Assembly: GCA_051362555.1 (NCBI GenBank) | Contig: CM120643.1 | Span: 5,332,001-5,396,000, forward strand | Direction of reading: 5' to 3' | DNA: 64,000 bases | Source: Lingula anatina | Taxonomy: Eukaryota; Animalia; Brachiopoda | Shown: positions 1-13,410 of the stretch, piece by piece | Layout: each line of letters begins with the position of its first letter | How positions within the stretch are numbered: position 1 is the first letter of the stretch | Made by a program: the position numbers and the translations under genes | Notes under the pieces: generated by a model | Databases searched by the model: none | What the model was told of the DNA's origin: nothing | The model's input: only the letters and a program-made list of their open reading frames with translations

Positions 1-1704
1 TTGCTTATTCTAAGAACAATATGTCAATAAAAAAAACATTTACCATTTGCAAACTTGGTCATCCTATCATTTATGTGTTATCTTCTTCGCTTTCATAGTA
101 TCTAGCCCAAGCAACTGTTACAGTTCCTCATATAAATTAACTCACTGAGTGATAGCCAATAAATATTTTGTTAGTTCTTCCTATCAATAATCTATAGCAA
201 AACTTATTAAATGATATGCTTAATTTAATGCTGTGAAATAGTTTGTCATGTTTTGTATATTGTAGTGTATAACCAATGCTGTACAACATTATAAATCAGA
301 TCCAACATGTATGTTGTGTTCTTGTTTATTTATAACCTTTTGATTTTGCATTCGGCAACTTTTGTGATAAAGATTTTAAGGTTAGCATAAATAATAATAA
401 TGATATAATTACAGCAACATCTGAGTACCATTACATAAAGTATTTGTACTTTATTTAATTTTTTCCTTTGCCCTTTCCTGGTCAGAATACCCAAAAGGCC
501 TCCCTGTAAACTGAGTAAATTTTAAATAGTTCTATTTTCAATTATTTTTAACCAATCATCTCAAAATTTGACAATTTAATGCAGGGCAGTCATAGCAGAC
601 AGCCTGAAATTCAATACTCTTCATTCAATGCTACCGGTAACTGTTTTTAAAAAGTGAAGATGACTTTCATGACAGAAATTTGGATGAAACTTTGCACCAA
701 AAATGATATTTGTATTATTATTATTATTTTTTTTTTTTTTTTTTTTTTGTTAGATTGATTTTTTAATTGAAAAACCATTATTCCTTCTAAATTTTTTTGC
801 ATTATGTCTTCAGTGAATACCAATGGGACTCCATGAAAATTTACGTCAAAGGTAATAATTTAGAAAAAGAAAAATTAGGCAAAATTGAGAAATACAGTAG
901 TGGTATTACAACTAATTGTAACAGTGAAAATTTCAAGCCATATCAATGAAAAATATAGATATTACCATTCTATTGCAGAATGGCAATTTTGCAGATTGGC
1001 AATATAATGGTAATATAGATATTACCATTATATTGCCATTCTGCAAAATTAATTATTCATCAATTAATTAATGGATCATGAACGGAATTGGTGGTCGTAT
1101 CGGGGTATCAGTACAACAATAAAAAAATTTTAAAAAAGGAAAAAATCATCACCAAAAAAAAAAAAAAAAAAAATCAAACAATTTCTTCCTTTGTTCATTT
1201 CTGACCTATCCTGAAAATTGCATGAAATTGGCCATTTGTGAGGACTGAGATATCCTAAACATTTAACTATAAATTAATGGAATATCGCCAAAACCTAATC
1301 ACTTCTTTCTTAGCTCATTTGTGACCTATCCAGTGAATTTCATCAAAATCTATACATAATTGATTATTCAATTAACTAATTTAAAATTAATTAATCAATA
1401 TCACCAAAATTTGTTCGTCAGGTGCAGGCACCCCGTACAATGATTCACAAAAAATTGGAACTATGATTTCTGTGTTCTGCGCCAGAAAGAGTACATAAAC
1501 ATACAAAACAAGCAAACAAACCAACCAACCAACACACTTTTATATCCCCCCAAGGGATTTTGCAATAACAAACATACAAATGGTTACAAGGACTAAACCT
1601 TTCTTGGAGTAAATTAAAAACTGGTGGTGATAAGATACAATAAGATGCTGATGATGAGCTTGAGGGAATTAAATCAATTGGTTGACAATGTCACCATACC
1701 TTAC

Positions 1705-2007
1705 CTGAAATGTTCATCCAGGAACAAAGTGGCTGCATGGTAAACCCTGGGACAGGAGAACCTCTCTGCAAACTCCTGAACCCCCAGAACATTCTGGACA
1801 GAGATACACTGTTCCAAGTAGTCACAGCACAAATCCTTCAGGTCAGCCATCAGCAAAATATCTGCTGCCTGTAAGATATCCTGGATGTTCTCTTCATCCA
1901 TCATGATGACAGAGGTGTAGATGTAGTCCAGTATCTGTTCAAATATTTCTGGATCCATTTCATTGATGTCCACTGCTGTCCCCAACTGCTGGTAGCTGTA
2001 GACAGCC
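1705..2007 (-). CDS. GAN: Gigaxonin-like BTB-Kelch protein, coding exon 2 (BTB C-half/BACK start); gene continues left of window
   Basis: Acceptor ttctctcctag at 2008, donor gtaagg at 1704; peptide IQDILQAADILLMADLKDLCCDYLEQCI...ATLFLDEHFR resembles gigaxonin as I recall it; phase 2 matches exon 1. Confidence 0.85.
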
Positions 2008-2457
2008 CTAGGAGAGAACACACACAAGTATTCTGGGTTAGCAGTAGGATCTGAGCTCAACTTGTATTTATTAAAACTGGCTAATAATGTATTAAGTATT
2101 TAATTTCATAACAGGAAAACTGTCCTCAATGAAATGATTGAAAGATAAATATTTTCAGATTGCCAGGTAGTTTGCAATATCATAAAAAAACACATTTATT
2201 ATCCACTAAACCCTGCAATGGCAGACCCAGGATATCAAGAGAAAGTGGGAGTGCAATTTCTTAGGAAATATGATACAAATTGGGATCTTTTACAAGATTC
2301 CTAATCACTATTTCTCAGTAATGGAGATTTCTTCTCTTTCCTTTACAACTTGAGTTTACTACACATACAGACAAGCAAGACTATGACGAAGTCTGCTATA
2401 TATGTATGCCAAGGGTTCACTATGCTGAAGGTTCCCTATGATGAAGGTTTGCTATTT

Positions 2458-2703
2458 CAGGCCTACCCAACTACCAGACTCGGCACCGAATGATCCTGAA
2501 TTCACCGGTAGATGAGACCACACTACCCGTTTTCAAGGTGTGTGTCAGATCGTATTACACAGTATCAGACGCGACACCACTCTTGCCTAGTACGTGATAT
2601 GATAGTGACGATTCTCAGCGGGGTTGAAAAGCATTGTATCACCACTCAAAATTTGTTCAGGGTATGATACTGTGTAATGCGATCTGGTAGTTGGGTAGGC
2701 CTG
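2458..2703. mobile_element. hAT-like MITE with 5-bp TSD
   Basis: 21-bp TIR caggcctacccaactaccaga; tattt on both sides. Confidence 0.75.
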
Positions 2704-3541
2704 TATTTCAAATCACACATACAAAGAGCGCAAAGACTTTGAGGAAAAATACGCTTTATTTTTAATGTAAAATTATAATAATGTATTGATAAATTGCGTA
2801 ATATGTTTAACATACACATAAAATTTGTGTGCACCCCTGCACTTTATTAAATGTAAAATTAAAATTTTCATAAAATCATCTATCAGTTAATTGCCTAATA
2901 CATAAAAAAATACACGTTAAGCCTAGATTATTTGTAGTGCTATGTCCATATGGACATCATGGGACATCACTACCTTCATTTATCACAGAAATAGTACTGG
3001 GGAAAATCCATAAATCTTCCATTTGTCAATCTAGGATTTCATCATCAAACTCTTTCCATATGTCCAATCAATCTATGTTTTATGTCAAAAGGTTCGATAG
3101 AGATCAGGTGCCCTGAGGATGAGATAGTGGCATCATTTCAGCCTCCCCCTGAGAATGAAATAAGATAATGAAGCACTCTGAGAATTCAGCTGCCCTTGTT
3201 TAACTACTGTAAACTATTCACTTTGATCGAGACTGTGCTTGTCTTTTTTATCACTTTTAATTCCCCCTACTGATCAAAAACAAATACCTTTCCACCTCCC
3301 TCAATGTTATTTCAGGGTAATTTATTAAAGATGCAATGACACAGTTCAACTGAGCTCACGGAAAGAAATTGTCTTCCCCTTCAACCTGGGGACTGACTGA
3401 CTGAGGCTGACCTCAGTGAAGCCTGGTTCTACAAGATCTGTGCTTGCCAAACAAGGAAACTGAACTCTGATGTCTACGTGATTATGTAACACTTTTCAGC
3501 AGTAGACATATCCCAGGAGGGAATGTTGTGAATAAGAAGTC

Positions 3542-5076
3542 AATAAAGGGAACCGGAGAAGATCAGCATTGGTCACAATTGTGCCGGAAGTGACGTGCAG
3601 TGGTGTTAGAAACGAAGCTGAGTGGTCATTTTAACATAGAGGTGAACGGCAGTGAAGACGGGTTGCCGGAGGAAAAAGAAGTTTTCTAAACAACATGGTA
3701 AGATAACACTTTTTCTTTACGCATTTTGGGCAGAGAAAACTTGTAGAAATAATAAATGCATGATATGAAAACGTGACACGGAACCTGAAGGTGCAAAATC
3801 GTGCTTAATTGGCGGTCAACTTGTTTTAAAATGAATGCTGCATCGACCGCCATTGCGACAAAGAGTGTAAATGGAAAATAATTCCCGGGAGGCTGTAAGT
3901 CGTTGCCATGTGGAAATTTGGCATTAATATAATCCGATATGTCCATATCTAAGTATTTTTGGGGTGTATGAGCTGCAATTAGAACGAAGTTTTAGAGGTC
4001 TTGAAGGACCTTGTGAAAACAAGGAAGTAGTTCGTAACTAACAAGTGAAATGTACCGATCTCCGACTGCTGTGTACAGCTGTATCTTTTTTTTAATATAT
4101 TGACGAATTTTTGTCACAGGACAAATAAAACATTTCACTGACAAGATCTTCCCAAAAAGACAAAAAGAGAATTCAGGTGAGCTGACAGGTAATTAAGACT
4201 AGCTCAAAGTACTAATAATTGACATAATTATGCAATACTCAGTTGGTAAAACGATTCTCACAGGTAGATAACATGTAACATGACCAATTTCTATAGGCTA
4301 ATGATTGCCAGCCTGAGGAAATTGATTGCCAGTCTCTTTTGTCTGTGATTTTTAACTCAGATAAGAGGCTGTCAGAATGTCACCTTTGTCTTGGCATTTG
4401 TCACTGATTAGCGCCTTGTCACTGATATACCAGTGTAAAAGGTATATCAGTGTGGTCATGTGTGTGGAATTTCATGCCAGATGGACATATAAAGATCTAA
4501 AAATTCGTCAATATATTGAAAAAAAGATACAGCTGTGCACAGCAGTCGGAGACCGGTACATTCCACTTGTTAGTTACGAACTACTTCCTGGTTTTCACAA
4601 GGTCCTTCAAGACCTCTAAAACATCGTTGTAATTGCAGCCCATACCATAAAACACCCAAAAATACTTAGATATGGACATATCGGATTATATTAATGTCAA
4701 ATTTCCACATGACAACGATTTATAACCTCCCGGGAATTATTTCCCCTTTACGCTTTTTGTCGCGCTGGCGGTCGACGCAGCATTTATTTCTAAACAAGTT
4801 GACCGCAAATTAAGCACGATTTTGCACCTTCAAGTTCCGTGTCACGTTTTCATATCATGCATTTATTATTTCTACAAGATTTCTCTGCCCAAAATGCGAA
4901 AAAAAAGAGAGTTATCTTACCATGTTGTTTAGAAAACTTCTTTTTCCTCCGACAACCCGTCTTCACTGCCGTTCACCTCTATGTTAAAATGACCACTCAG
5001 CTTCGTTTCTAACACCACTGCACGTCACTTCTGGCACAATTCTGACCAATGCTGATCTTCTCCGGTTCCCTTTATT
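3542..5076. mobile_element. Foldback-type non-autonomous element with ~570-bp inverted arms
   Basis: 3542-4112 is the near-identical reverse complement of 4499-5076; CpG-rich versus flanks. Confidence 0.88.
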
Positions 5077-5573
5077 AAGATCTAAAGATACTGACAGTGC
5101 CAATATTCTGTGTTTTACAGAAGCTGGTCTAGAACCATGGCCTGGGATGACTTCCACAGCAAAAGTGATTCCAGGTCACAGGAAATTATCTGAAGATAAA
5201 AACCTTATGACATTAAATTATACAAGTCCCTGCCTCTGATCGACTGAGTAATTTGATAAAATAGAGTAATGCCAGTTCTTCTTGATGTGCTTTAATGATT
5301 TTGCTTTTCAAACTGCTTCATCGATGTATCTGCATTGTTTGCATGATAGAGTGCCAGGACAAACAATTTATAATTATACTACATCAAGGTATTGCTTCTG
5401 CTTCAGAAAATCAGTTGCATATATTGTCTACTACAGCTTCTTTTACAGGTGTTCTGAACTGGACTTTAATGCCAAATCTTATTTTTCTAAAAGATAAACA
5501 TGTAACGACTGTTTGTTAACAAAAAAAAAAAAAAATCCTGGGGCAGACTGATTTTCCCATACTTCTAATTACC

Positions 5574-5980
5574 TATGGTTAATGAATCCATTCCATTTTT
5601 CCTATATTCAGAGTTTGTCCATTGGTATTTTTCTAAAACTTTTTTTTCTTTGTAAAAATCTCTTATTTTATAACAAAGGTATAGTCATCTATGAAGTTCC
5701 ATGTGGTTTGATGGCAAGCACAGACTGTGGTGGTAAAATGGAGTTTATTACATTTCTATGACAATTTTTCAATATTAACCAATGGTTAATGAACCTGTTC
5801 CAACATTCAAAAATAGTCCCTGTTTTTTTCCCTAAAAGGTTTGGCTGTTTTGTAATCTCTTAAGAGGAGGTATAGCCAGCTATGAAGGTCCATGTGGTCT
5901 GATATGGCAAGCACAGATTCCAGAACAATTGCAAAAACCCCTGTTTTGTTGGTAAAGTGGAGTTTATAATATTTCTATGA
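5574..5980. repeat. ~200-bp diverged tandem duplication
   Basis: atggttaatgaa...ctatgaag(t/g)tccatgtggt...ggcaagcacaga...tggagtttat present twice. Confidence 0.75.
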
Positions 5981-6811
5981 GTTGTTTACATTGTTTTATT
6001 GTGAAATATGGACTTCATACGAAAGGTTGTCATCCCTTTAAGACTGACCTGAATTATTAGTTTACAAGCTTCACTGATCATGCAGAAATAAAATAAAATT
6101 TATCACTTTGTCTATGCTTTTATAGTATTAGATACAAAAAAGAACAGAGATTGCTGCAATGGTTACTAGTCCACATTTAATATTTATCATTATGATTTTT
6201 GATAGTCTGTTGGTCAAAACTAATGTCATTAAAGGGATGAGAAAACTTCATATGAGGTTCAAGTTTCCACAATAAAAAAAAGCATTGTAAACAACACATA
6301 AAAATAAAATAAATTCCATCTTTATCACCAAATCTCTTTAGAGAACATACTTTAAAAAACTACAATGACTAACTTTGAATGAGTAACTTTGGTAAATATG
6401 GGAAATCTGTTGTTTACCCTAGAAAAATCTGTTTTCTGGCACTTTTCCTGCCAAAATGGAAAAGTTTTTAACCCCCAAAGTTGTGTGCAGCACTGTATTC
6501 GATAATTTGTCTATACGTTCATCCCTATCTCCACAAACATTTTGGGTAATATTGAAAGAGTGTGTGATGGAAATGACGAGATGATGAGAAAAGATGCCTA
6601 TAAAAGCTGCCTTTAGAAGTGATATGTTAAAGATGACTTCAAACATTTCACAACTCTGATAATGCCAAATGAGCATTGAGACACATCTATTGGCCAGTGC
6701 TAAGAGTACCATAAAACTGAAAATATTTTCTACCACCTCCAGTCCCTTTAGGAATATTTCTTGGCCATAAGGCCAAATTGTTCCTCCATTTGTATGAAAA
6801 CCTGATATCCT

Positions 6812-6855
6812 CACACACACACACACACACGCACACACACACAAACACACACACA

Positions 6856-6897
<42 letters not shown>
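6812..6897. repeat. (CA)n abutting (TG)n microsatellite
   Basis: Direct reading. Confidence 0.95.
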
Positions 6898-6901
<4 letters not shown>

Positions 6902-7351
6902 TATCAGGTGTGTGATAAAAATCTAACCCTCAGCAGTTTGCCTTTTATCGTGTTCCACAATAACAAAACAACAAAATTATACTTCTCTGCATAAATTATA
7001 TGCCCAATATCCCTTAAATGAACTCTTAAAACACGATGATAATCTATGCTACATGTAAGTAAGAAACTCAAACATTTTTACATGGTACTATTCATACACG
7101 GGTTATTAAAGGCCCCTGTACTCTAAATCTATATATATTTAAATGAGATGTAAATGCTCCGTCATGAACTTTACTTCGGGACACTGGTGTCCAAGACAGC
7201 CGTCCAAACAATGATCACGATCAGTTGCAGTATGAATCAGTATTTTCTTAGCCAAGACTTATTATAAGCAGATAAGATACGTGTCGCTCCCTAAGAGTGA
7301 CATCAGCTGATTAAATGAAATTTTCATCTGGTCATGGTGACCTCAGCTCAC

Positions 7352-7542
7352 CTGAAGTACGGACTGGCTGCAGCCAAAACGTTTTTCTGCACTGCTATTT
7401 TCCTGCCTTTTATGACAACTGTCCCATCGCACAGATGTGGATTCCATCGGCCATCATTGAGCGCTTTCAACAAATTCGAAGCGTGGAGAGGATGAGAATT
7501 TTTAAGGCTTTTTTCATCCACGCCTCCTTCTCTTCGAGCCAT
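7352..7542 (-). CDS. GAN: Gigaxonin-like protein, coding exon 1 (BTB N-half)
   Basis: ATG at 7542; HPLHASNLLKAL...LCDGTVVIKGRKIAVQKNVLAAASPYFR, with the gigaxonin-type VQKN(I/V)LAAASPY motif; donor gtgag at 7351. Confidence 0.85.
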
Positions 7543-7830
7543 GATTATCTGACCGGGCACCCGCTTCACAACAGCCTCAACTGAGCATGCGTGTTGTACG
7601 ACTTCACCTGGAACAAATTACATAATGCATTGTGTTGCAAAAAGGAGTTTTCTGTTGTAAACTTAAATGACCAGTGCTCAACTAGCCTTTTCAAGAAACA
7701 GAAGCTACTTAAGAAATACAGAAAATGACAAATGTATGGAATTGTGCTCATGAAATAAGGTGATAAACGAGAAAGAACGAGACGTCGAACGAGAAGAGCA
7801 GAAGAACAGAAAGTTGGTGTCGTAAGTGAG
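7543..7830. promoter_or_regulatory. Putative bidirectional promoter GAN/NPEPL1 with a candidate non-coding first exon of NPEPL1
   Basis: Local CpG enrichment; plus-strand donor gtaagt at 7822; acceptor attttag at 9597 just before the NPEPL1 ATG. Confidence 0.5.
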
Positions 7831-9057
7831 TCACTCTGTTGGTGAATGTGGTAGTTGGTGGACAGACTACTAAAACCGATTATCATATGACCCAACATGA
7901 TGTCTTTCCAGCCACAATTTGTGTTATTAAGATTCTGTTGGGAGTCAGCTTGTATCCAATGCTCCACTTGCATGCGCTAAAATCTAGGGCCCACCAAACA
8001 ACATAATTAAATAGTAGCTACCCAGTAGGGTCCACACATGATTTTTTCTAAATTAACTAGAGACTGGAAATTTTACACACAGATAGCTTCATATTTAAGT
8101 GTGAATAAACAGTTATTTTTTATCTACCTTGTTTACAACAAGTCTAATTTTTTTTAACGCAACTTAATTTATAAAAATTAGTCAAAAGTTTAATCCCACT
8201 TGATTTTCACCTCCTAAATAATGCCATATAGGAACTTAAAATTTGTCACACAATAAGTAATGGAGCTAGCCATAAGTACACAATTTCAAATTTTGATTCT
8301 AGGATTTTTCCAAGTAAATTAATGATCATGTGAAGTAGGTGGCAGAAGTGGGAGAGAAGATTTTCAATCTATCTATATATAGCACCAACAGACAACAGCT
8401 AGTGCAAATTACATAAAGTAATTTGAATGCTGTCATAAATTCTCTTTTCCACATTTATTGATATACAAAACACATGTTTTCTGTAAGTGTATATAAAGTT
8501 AGATTTATGCACAAGATGTCAAACTTTTACAGAAAAACATCTGAATTATTAATGCTTCAAGTCATCAAGGCATCCCAGCCCCTAAAAGAAAGATCAGTCC
8601 TTTATTGAAAAATATACTTTCACCAGATGAAATTGAATGAATAATTTTTTTTCTTTTTTTTTTTTTTTTTTTGAAAAACAGGGCATCTTATTTAATTTGA
8701 TGGAAAATATAGATTTGCCATATGAATAACATATCAAATTTCAGATTTAGTGATAAAAATATGTGCATTTGTGTAAGTACAGCCACCATGTTTCATTTCA
8801 GCTCTTTAGGATGCTGCCATATTGGATATTTCTATTGAACACTGTTTCGAAGTCTTAAGTAGTTTGTCAGAGAGTCAAACAACAACGTGTCAGTTTAGTC
8901 TTACCGCCAGTACATGCATTCACTTAGCCACACTGTTGTTATCAACAAATGTCTCCCACCAAATGGTATCCACTTTCAAATCGAGAGTCAGAAATTGTTG
9001 TCAAAAGCTGTAAAATGGTGACAGTTGCTCGAATTTGACACTTCCTCGACACTGTCA

Positions 9058-9193
9058 CATATCATAGCACAGCATAGCATAGCATAGCATATCATACCCC
9101 CTAAACTTCAGTACTAAAAACCTAGCATAGCATAGCATAGCACAGCATAGCACAGCATAGCACAGCATAGCATAGCACAGTGTCATATAGCAC
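9058..9193. repeat. (TAGCA/CAGCA)n pentanucleotide repeat, interrupted
   Basis: Direct reading. Confidence 0.9.
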
Positions 9194-9605
9194 AGGTATT
9201 CACTGCAACCTAGATGAGCAGAACCAAAGATTGGCCTTTCTTCTCTCATTATAATGAAGTGCAATGAAAATCCCTCAGTCTAACTGATTTGCTCTAGAAT
9301 TTTACAGAAAAAAACTTTTGGGTCGTAGAATCATATATTGGGAGAATTGTTACATGAAACAATGTACAGATTATGCTCTAGATGTTTTTAGCTCAATAAA
9401 ACTCAAACTGATGCTTTGCAGTGTTCATTTAAGCTCTCCTATGTGTTATTGTCCCTGCCAAATAAAATATTGTCCCAAAAACTCACTAATCATTGTTTAG
9501 ACCTACATCATTGGCTTTCCCAGATGACAATTAAGTCATGAATGACAAATTATTCAAGATGTTTAATAACACTTCTATATTTCCATTCTAATTTTAGTTT
9601 CTTTG

Positions 9606-9755
9606 ATGGCCATGGCGACTGTGAAGTTCTCTGCTGATCTGACCCCGTCTGACCCCCAGCATTATCCAGTGGTCATCATTGGTCAGCTGACCAACCTGGT
9701 ACAGGTCAAGTATGACACTATCAAATGCAAATTGGAGCCGAGAGTCGATAGAGAG
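9606..9755 (+). CDS. NPEPL1: Probable aminopeptidase NPEPL1 (M17), coding exon 1 of 12
   Basis: MAMATVKFSADLTPSDPQHYPVVIIGQL...KLEPRVDRE; donor gtaagc; start could also be ATG 9612. Confidence 0.9.
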
Positions 9756-10017
9756 GTAAGCTGTAAGAACCTGTTATTACATAGAACAAAACTTTTACTC
9801 TGTGACTATGTATTGTGACAATATGGTGATTGTCTCAACCAAGTAGTAAACTATAACTAAGATATTGCACTTTCTTCTGTTAAAAGAAGTGGTAGGGAAT
9901 AGGATGAAATTAATGTTTACAACAGACGTGCATCATCAGTTGCACAGATGGAGTCATCCATTTCATTTACTCTGAGCATCACTGCATGTGAAAATTACAT
10001 AAAAACAAATTGCATTG

Positions 10018-10402
10018 TTAAAGGTACATACTAACCGAGCATCGGTGGAGCGTGGATTCCCAATAACACATGTTAACCACTTCTACTAGTTTCTTATACG
10101 ACTCAAATAAATTTGACATGCCTAGGGATAAACTGAATAGATCACTCTATCAGCCATAAAAGTGCTTTAGGCTGCTCCTTTCTTTAAATTTTTGGTCGGA
10201 AATTTAACCTACTTTCGTGACCTACTTTTCTGCCCCATTGACATACAGCATAGAATGCTAGCAGAAAAATCTGTTCAAACATCATTTTGGGGTCAAATTA
10301 AACAATGCCTTTTGGTAATTCTCTTAGTTATACTACTTGAAACTATATGCTGACATTTGGTTGGTTTCTGTGGCAAAAAATCGACTTTGTATGCATCTTT
10401 AA
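10018..10402. mobile_element. TTAA-flanked MITE (Kolobok-like), copy 1
   Basis: ttaa-aggtacatac ... gtatgcatct-ttaa; reverse copy at 38451-38835. Confidence 0.75.
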
Positions 10403-10925
10403 AAGAATAGCTTCAATGGACATAAGACTTTTTATCTTCAGACTTACAAGAGTGATTTATGGCACTAAAATACAGGTCAGGTTTGAATAGAAGCTTCATT
10501 GTATTATTACCTCTGTCAATGGGGTTATGTTTACAGTCCTGTTACTTTGTTTGTTTGTCTGTTTGCAACATTTTGCAAAAAAATTATGGACAGATTTGAT
10601 GAAATTTTCAGGAAAGGTCACAAATGGGCCAAGGGACAAATGATTTGACTTTGGGGGTTAAAGGGATTAACACTGAAATGAGCTTTCCATCTAAGTAACA
10701 CTAAACGTACATGTAAATGTACATCTGGACCTGTTTTAATGGTAAAAGTCACATACATTATATACTGTGACCTAACTTCATGAACCACAAGTCACACGGA
10801 AACATGCTCTGCATCGAATCTTGTACGTAAGTCATAACAAAAATAGGTAAATACTTGTAAAGTTTCCTTGGTCTTATAGTAGTACAATAAGTCAAGTGAT
10901 AATAACTGATCTTTTTATCTTTCAG

Positions 10926-11108
10926 ACCTACAATGCAGCTCTGAACAGCCTGCACCCCTCCCCCACCGACTCCTGCGCCCTGTGGCTATCCAGTGCCACA
11001 CTGGCAGCACTACCCACCAACTGCAGCCGCCACAACAGCCCATCACGGGCACACTCACTGACCAAGATTGTCAAAGGATGTACCAGTGGAGGGGATGAGT
11101 ACTTTGTG
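10926..11108 (+). CDS. NPEPL1: NPEPL1 coding exon 2
   Basis: LHPSPTDSCALWL...LPTNCSRHNSPSRAH; ag/gt borders, phase 0. Confidence 0.9.
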
Positions 11109-11404
11109 GTTAGATTCTTTTCTGTTTTCATGCAGACATCCCTCATCTCAGACTTTCTTTATCCTCTTTCTATGTTGTGCCAATGGCAAAATTTTACCAA
11201 TTCCACTTAACCAATTTGTTTTCTAATGTTGTTTCTGATGTCCTATCTTTCTCAGTATATCTTTTACTTATATTTATAAATATTCAATTATTTTTTTGAG
11301 TTTTCCTATTGATTGCCTTTGAAGACATTGCAGAAGTAATTTTTATGTACAGATAGATGTGTCTGAACATGAGCCAGTACCTGTGTCTGTTGTTGTTGCC
11401 CTTG

Positions 11405-11578
11405 CTGGGGTAGCGCTAACACTCGCCAATTTAGCCAAATGCTAAAACTGACTTAAATTGGCTAAAGAAAAATGGCTTGATTTGGCTTGTTTTAGTCAAA
11501 TTATAACCATTTGGATAACAAATTGACAAAAAAAGTGGTGATTTGGCTAAGGGAAAAAAATTGCTAGCGCTACCCCAG
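11405..11578. mobile_element. hAT-like MITE with 5-bp TSD
   Basis: TIR ctggggtagcgcta; ccttg on both sides. Confidence 0.75.
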
Positions 11579-12140
11579 CCTTGTCATGCACTTTATCCAC
11601 CATTATACAAATAAGATGCATATTTTGCTTTGAAACTTGCAGGTCCAATTCGTAAGCCTTATATACATACTGAATTTAAAAATTAGCTTGACCGATTTAT
11701 TTTTGTTGAAGTTATGTTGTGTTTGTATATAAGTGTTTTTTATCAACCATTATACTGTTGGTATTTCTGTGCCATGGAAGGATAGACAATTTTAATTTTT
11801 GCATAAAGTTGCAAGATGTCAGGGCTTGGACCTTTTAACAGGCTAAAAAGGAAGTAATGACATTGGGTACAGTTCACATAACCTTTTAGATAGGGGATTT
11901 TATCATTTTTAAGGTTTTAGACAAGATAAGATTTACAGAATAAAAAAAAACTGCTTGTGGGAAATTTTTTAATGTGCCAAGGTTCTTTAAGAATAGAGAA
12001 GTAGGCCTTAATAAATGGTAAGAGAAAGTACTTTTGTCAAAGAACTTGTCAAATCAAAATTGGCTACTTGGAGTGGTGTATCTGTACCCTGTGTTGTACT
12101 AGGTGAGTAAAAAAAATAAGACCACATCTGATCTTTACAG

Positions 12141-12395
12141 ATTGTTTGTGAACACAGCGATGTTTTTGCATCCGGCTGTGCCATTGCCCGTGCATTCCCC
12201 CTCTACCTTCAAAAATCTGGAACAGGCACCAAACGTGTGGTCACTGTGGAATTTATCCTGGTTGGTCAAGGGAGTGACCAGCCCCTTTGTGACAGTGAAC
12301 TGGAATGTTTGACCAATGCAGCCTATGGGGTGAGGCTTGCTGCCAAAGTAGTGGATATGCCCTGTGCTGAAATGAACACAACGGCTTTCTTAACA
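12141..12395 (+). CDS. NPEPL1: NPEPL1 coding exon 3
   Basis: VFASGCAIARAFPLY...VTVEFILVG...GVRLAAKVVDMPCAEMNT; ag/gtaagt. Confidence 0.92.
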
Positions 12396-12690
12396 GTAAG
12401 TTGGGAAATGTTTTATCTGATGTTTTGTTTTAAGTTGCACCTTGTAGACTTTTTGCTAGTGTGTGTAGATCTACTCAGTTAATTTTTTACGTATTTCAAA
12501 CACTTACTAACACTTTTTTGCCAATATTTCATTTCAACAAATTTCATTAAATTTAGTGACTCACTGATTCAGAAGCATTATCTCACTCTCAGATACTTGT
12601 ACATACTCATTTTTCAGAACTGTTAAAAACTTTGGAGTGAATTGTAGGGGACAGTTGTTAACATTTGTAGACATAGTTTTAAATGATGTG

Positions 12691-12810
12691 ATTGACTGTG
12701 AAGACTCTAATCTATTCTTAGAAAATCTTATTGACTATGAAGACTCTAATTTATTCTTAGAAAATCTTATTGACTGTGAAGACTCTAATTTATTCTTAGA
12801 AAATCTTATT
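12691..12810. repeat. 39-bp tandem repeat x3
   Basis: attgactgtgaagactctaatctattcttagaaaatctt. Confidence 0.92.
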
Positions 12811-12874
12811 AGATAGATGGCATACCCTATTGATACATGGGCGAAAGCATTCCGGTTTATGCCATACTTCCAGA

Positions 12875-13410
12875 TTTACAGACACATCTGTGTCTGTACA
12901 TATAGCCGTCACCTGCGTTTGTCGTCGCCGTCGTCGTGCACTTTCACCGATAACACAATAAGTGAAAATCCTTTTTACCTTTTGGCTTGAAACTTACAGA
13001 ACTGATGAATATTCATAATATGCAGGTCAAGCTCAAAAATCAGCATGATCGGCCATTTTTATGAAAGTTATGATGTTTTTTCACTTTTTTCAGCATATGT
13101 GCAACACCAATAACACGATAAGTGAAAAACTGTTTTACCTTTTGGCTTGAAACTTACAGAACTGATGAATATTTATAATATGCAGGGAAGTTCGAAAATC
13201 AGTGTGATCGGATCAATTTTATGGAAGTTATGCTGTTTTTTCATTTTTTTCAGCATATATGCAATACCGATAACACATTTAAAGGAAAATCAATTGGCCA
13301 GTTGTCTTGAAATTCACTGGGGTGATCTGTCTTACTGAAATACAGATTAAGTTCGAAAATAAGTTCGATCAGTTCAGTTTTGGTGAAGTTATGCCTTTTT
13401 TTTTTGTATA
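12875..13410. mobile_element. Helentron/HINE-like dispersed repeat with ~160-bp internal tandem units and terminal hairpin
   Basis: Hairpin tacagacac-atct-gtgtctgta; units start near 12951 and 13111; related reverse copies near 39690-40005, 53150-53600, 56690-57232, 58320-58650. Confidence 0.6.

Noticed and set aside
3686-4619. 86- and 80-aa ORFs in the foldback arms
   Set aside because: No recognisable transposase motif; not maintained between the two arms.
6419-6856. 145-aa ORF; also a piggyBac-like ttaccctagaaa end at ~6414
   Set aside because: The ORF starts in the (TG)n repeat and has no domain; I found no matching second terminus.
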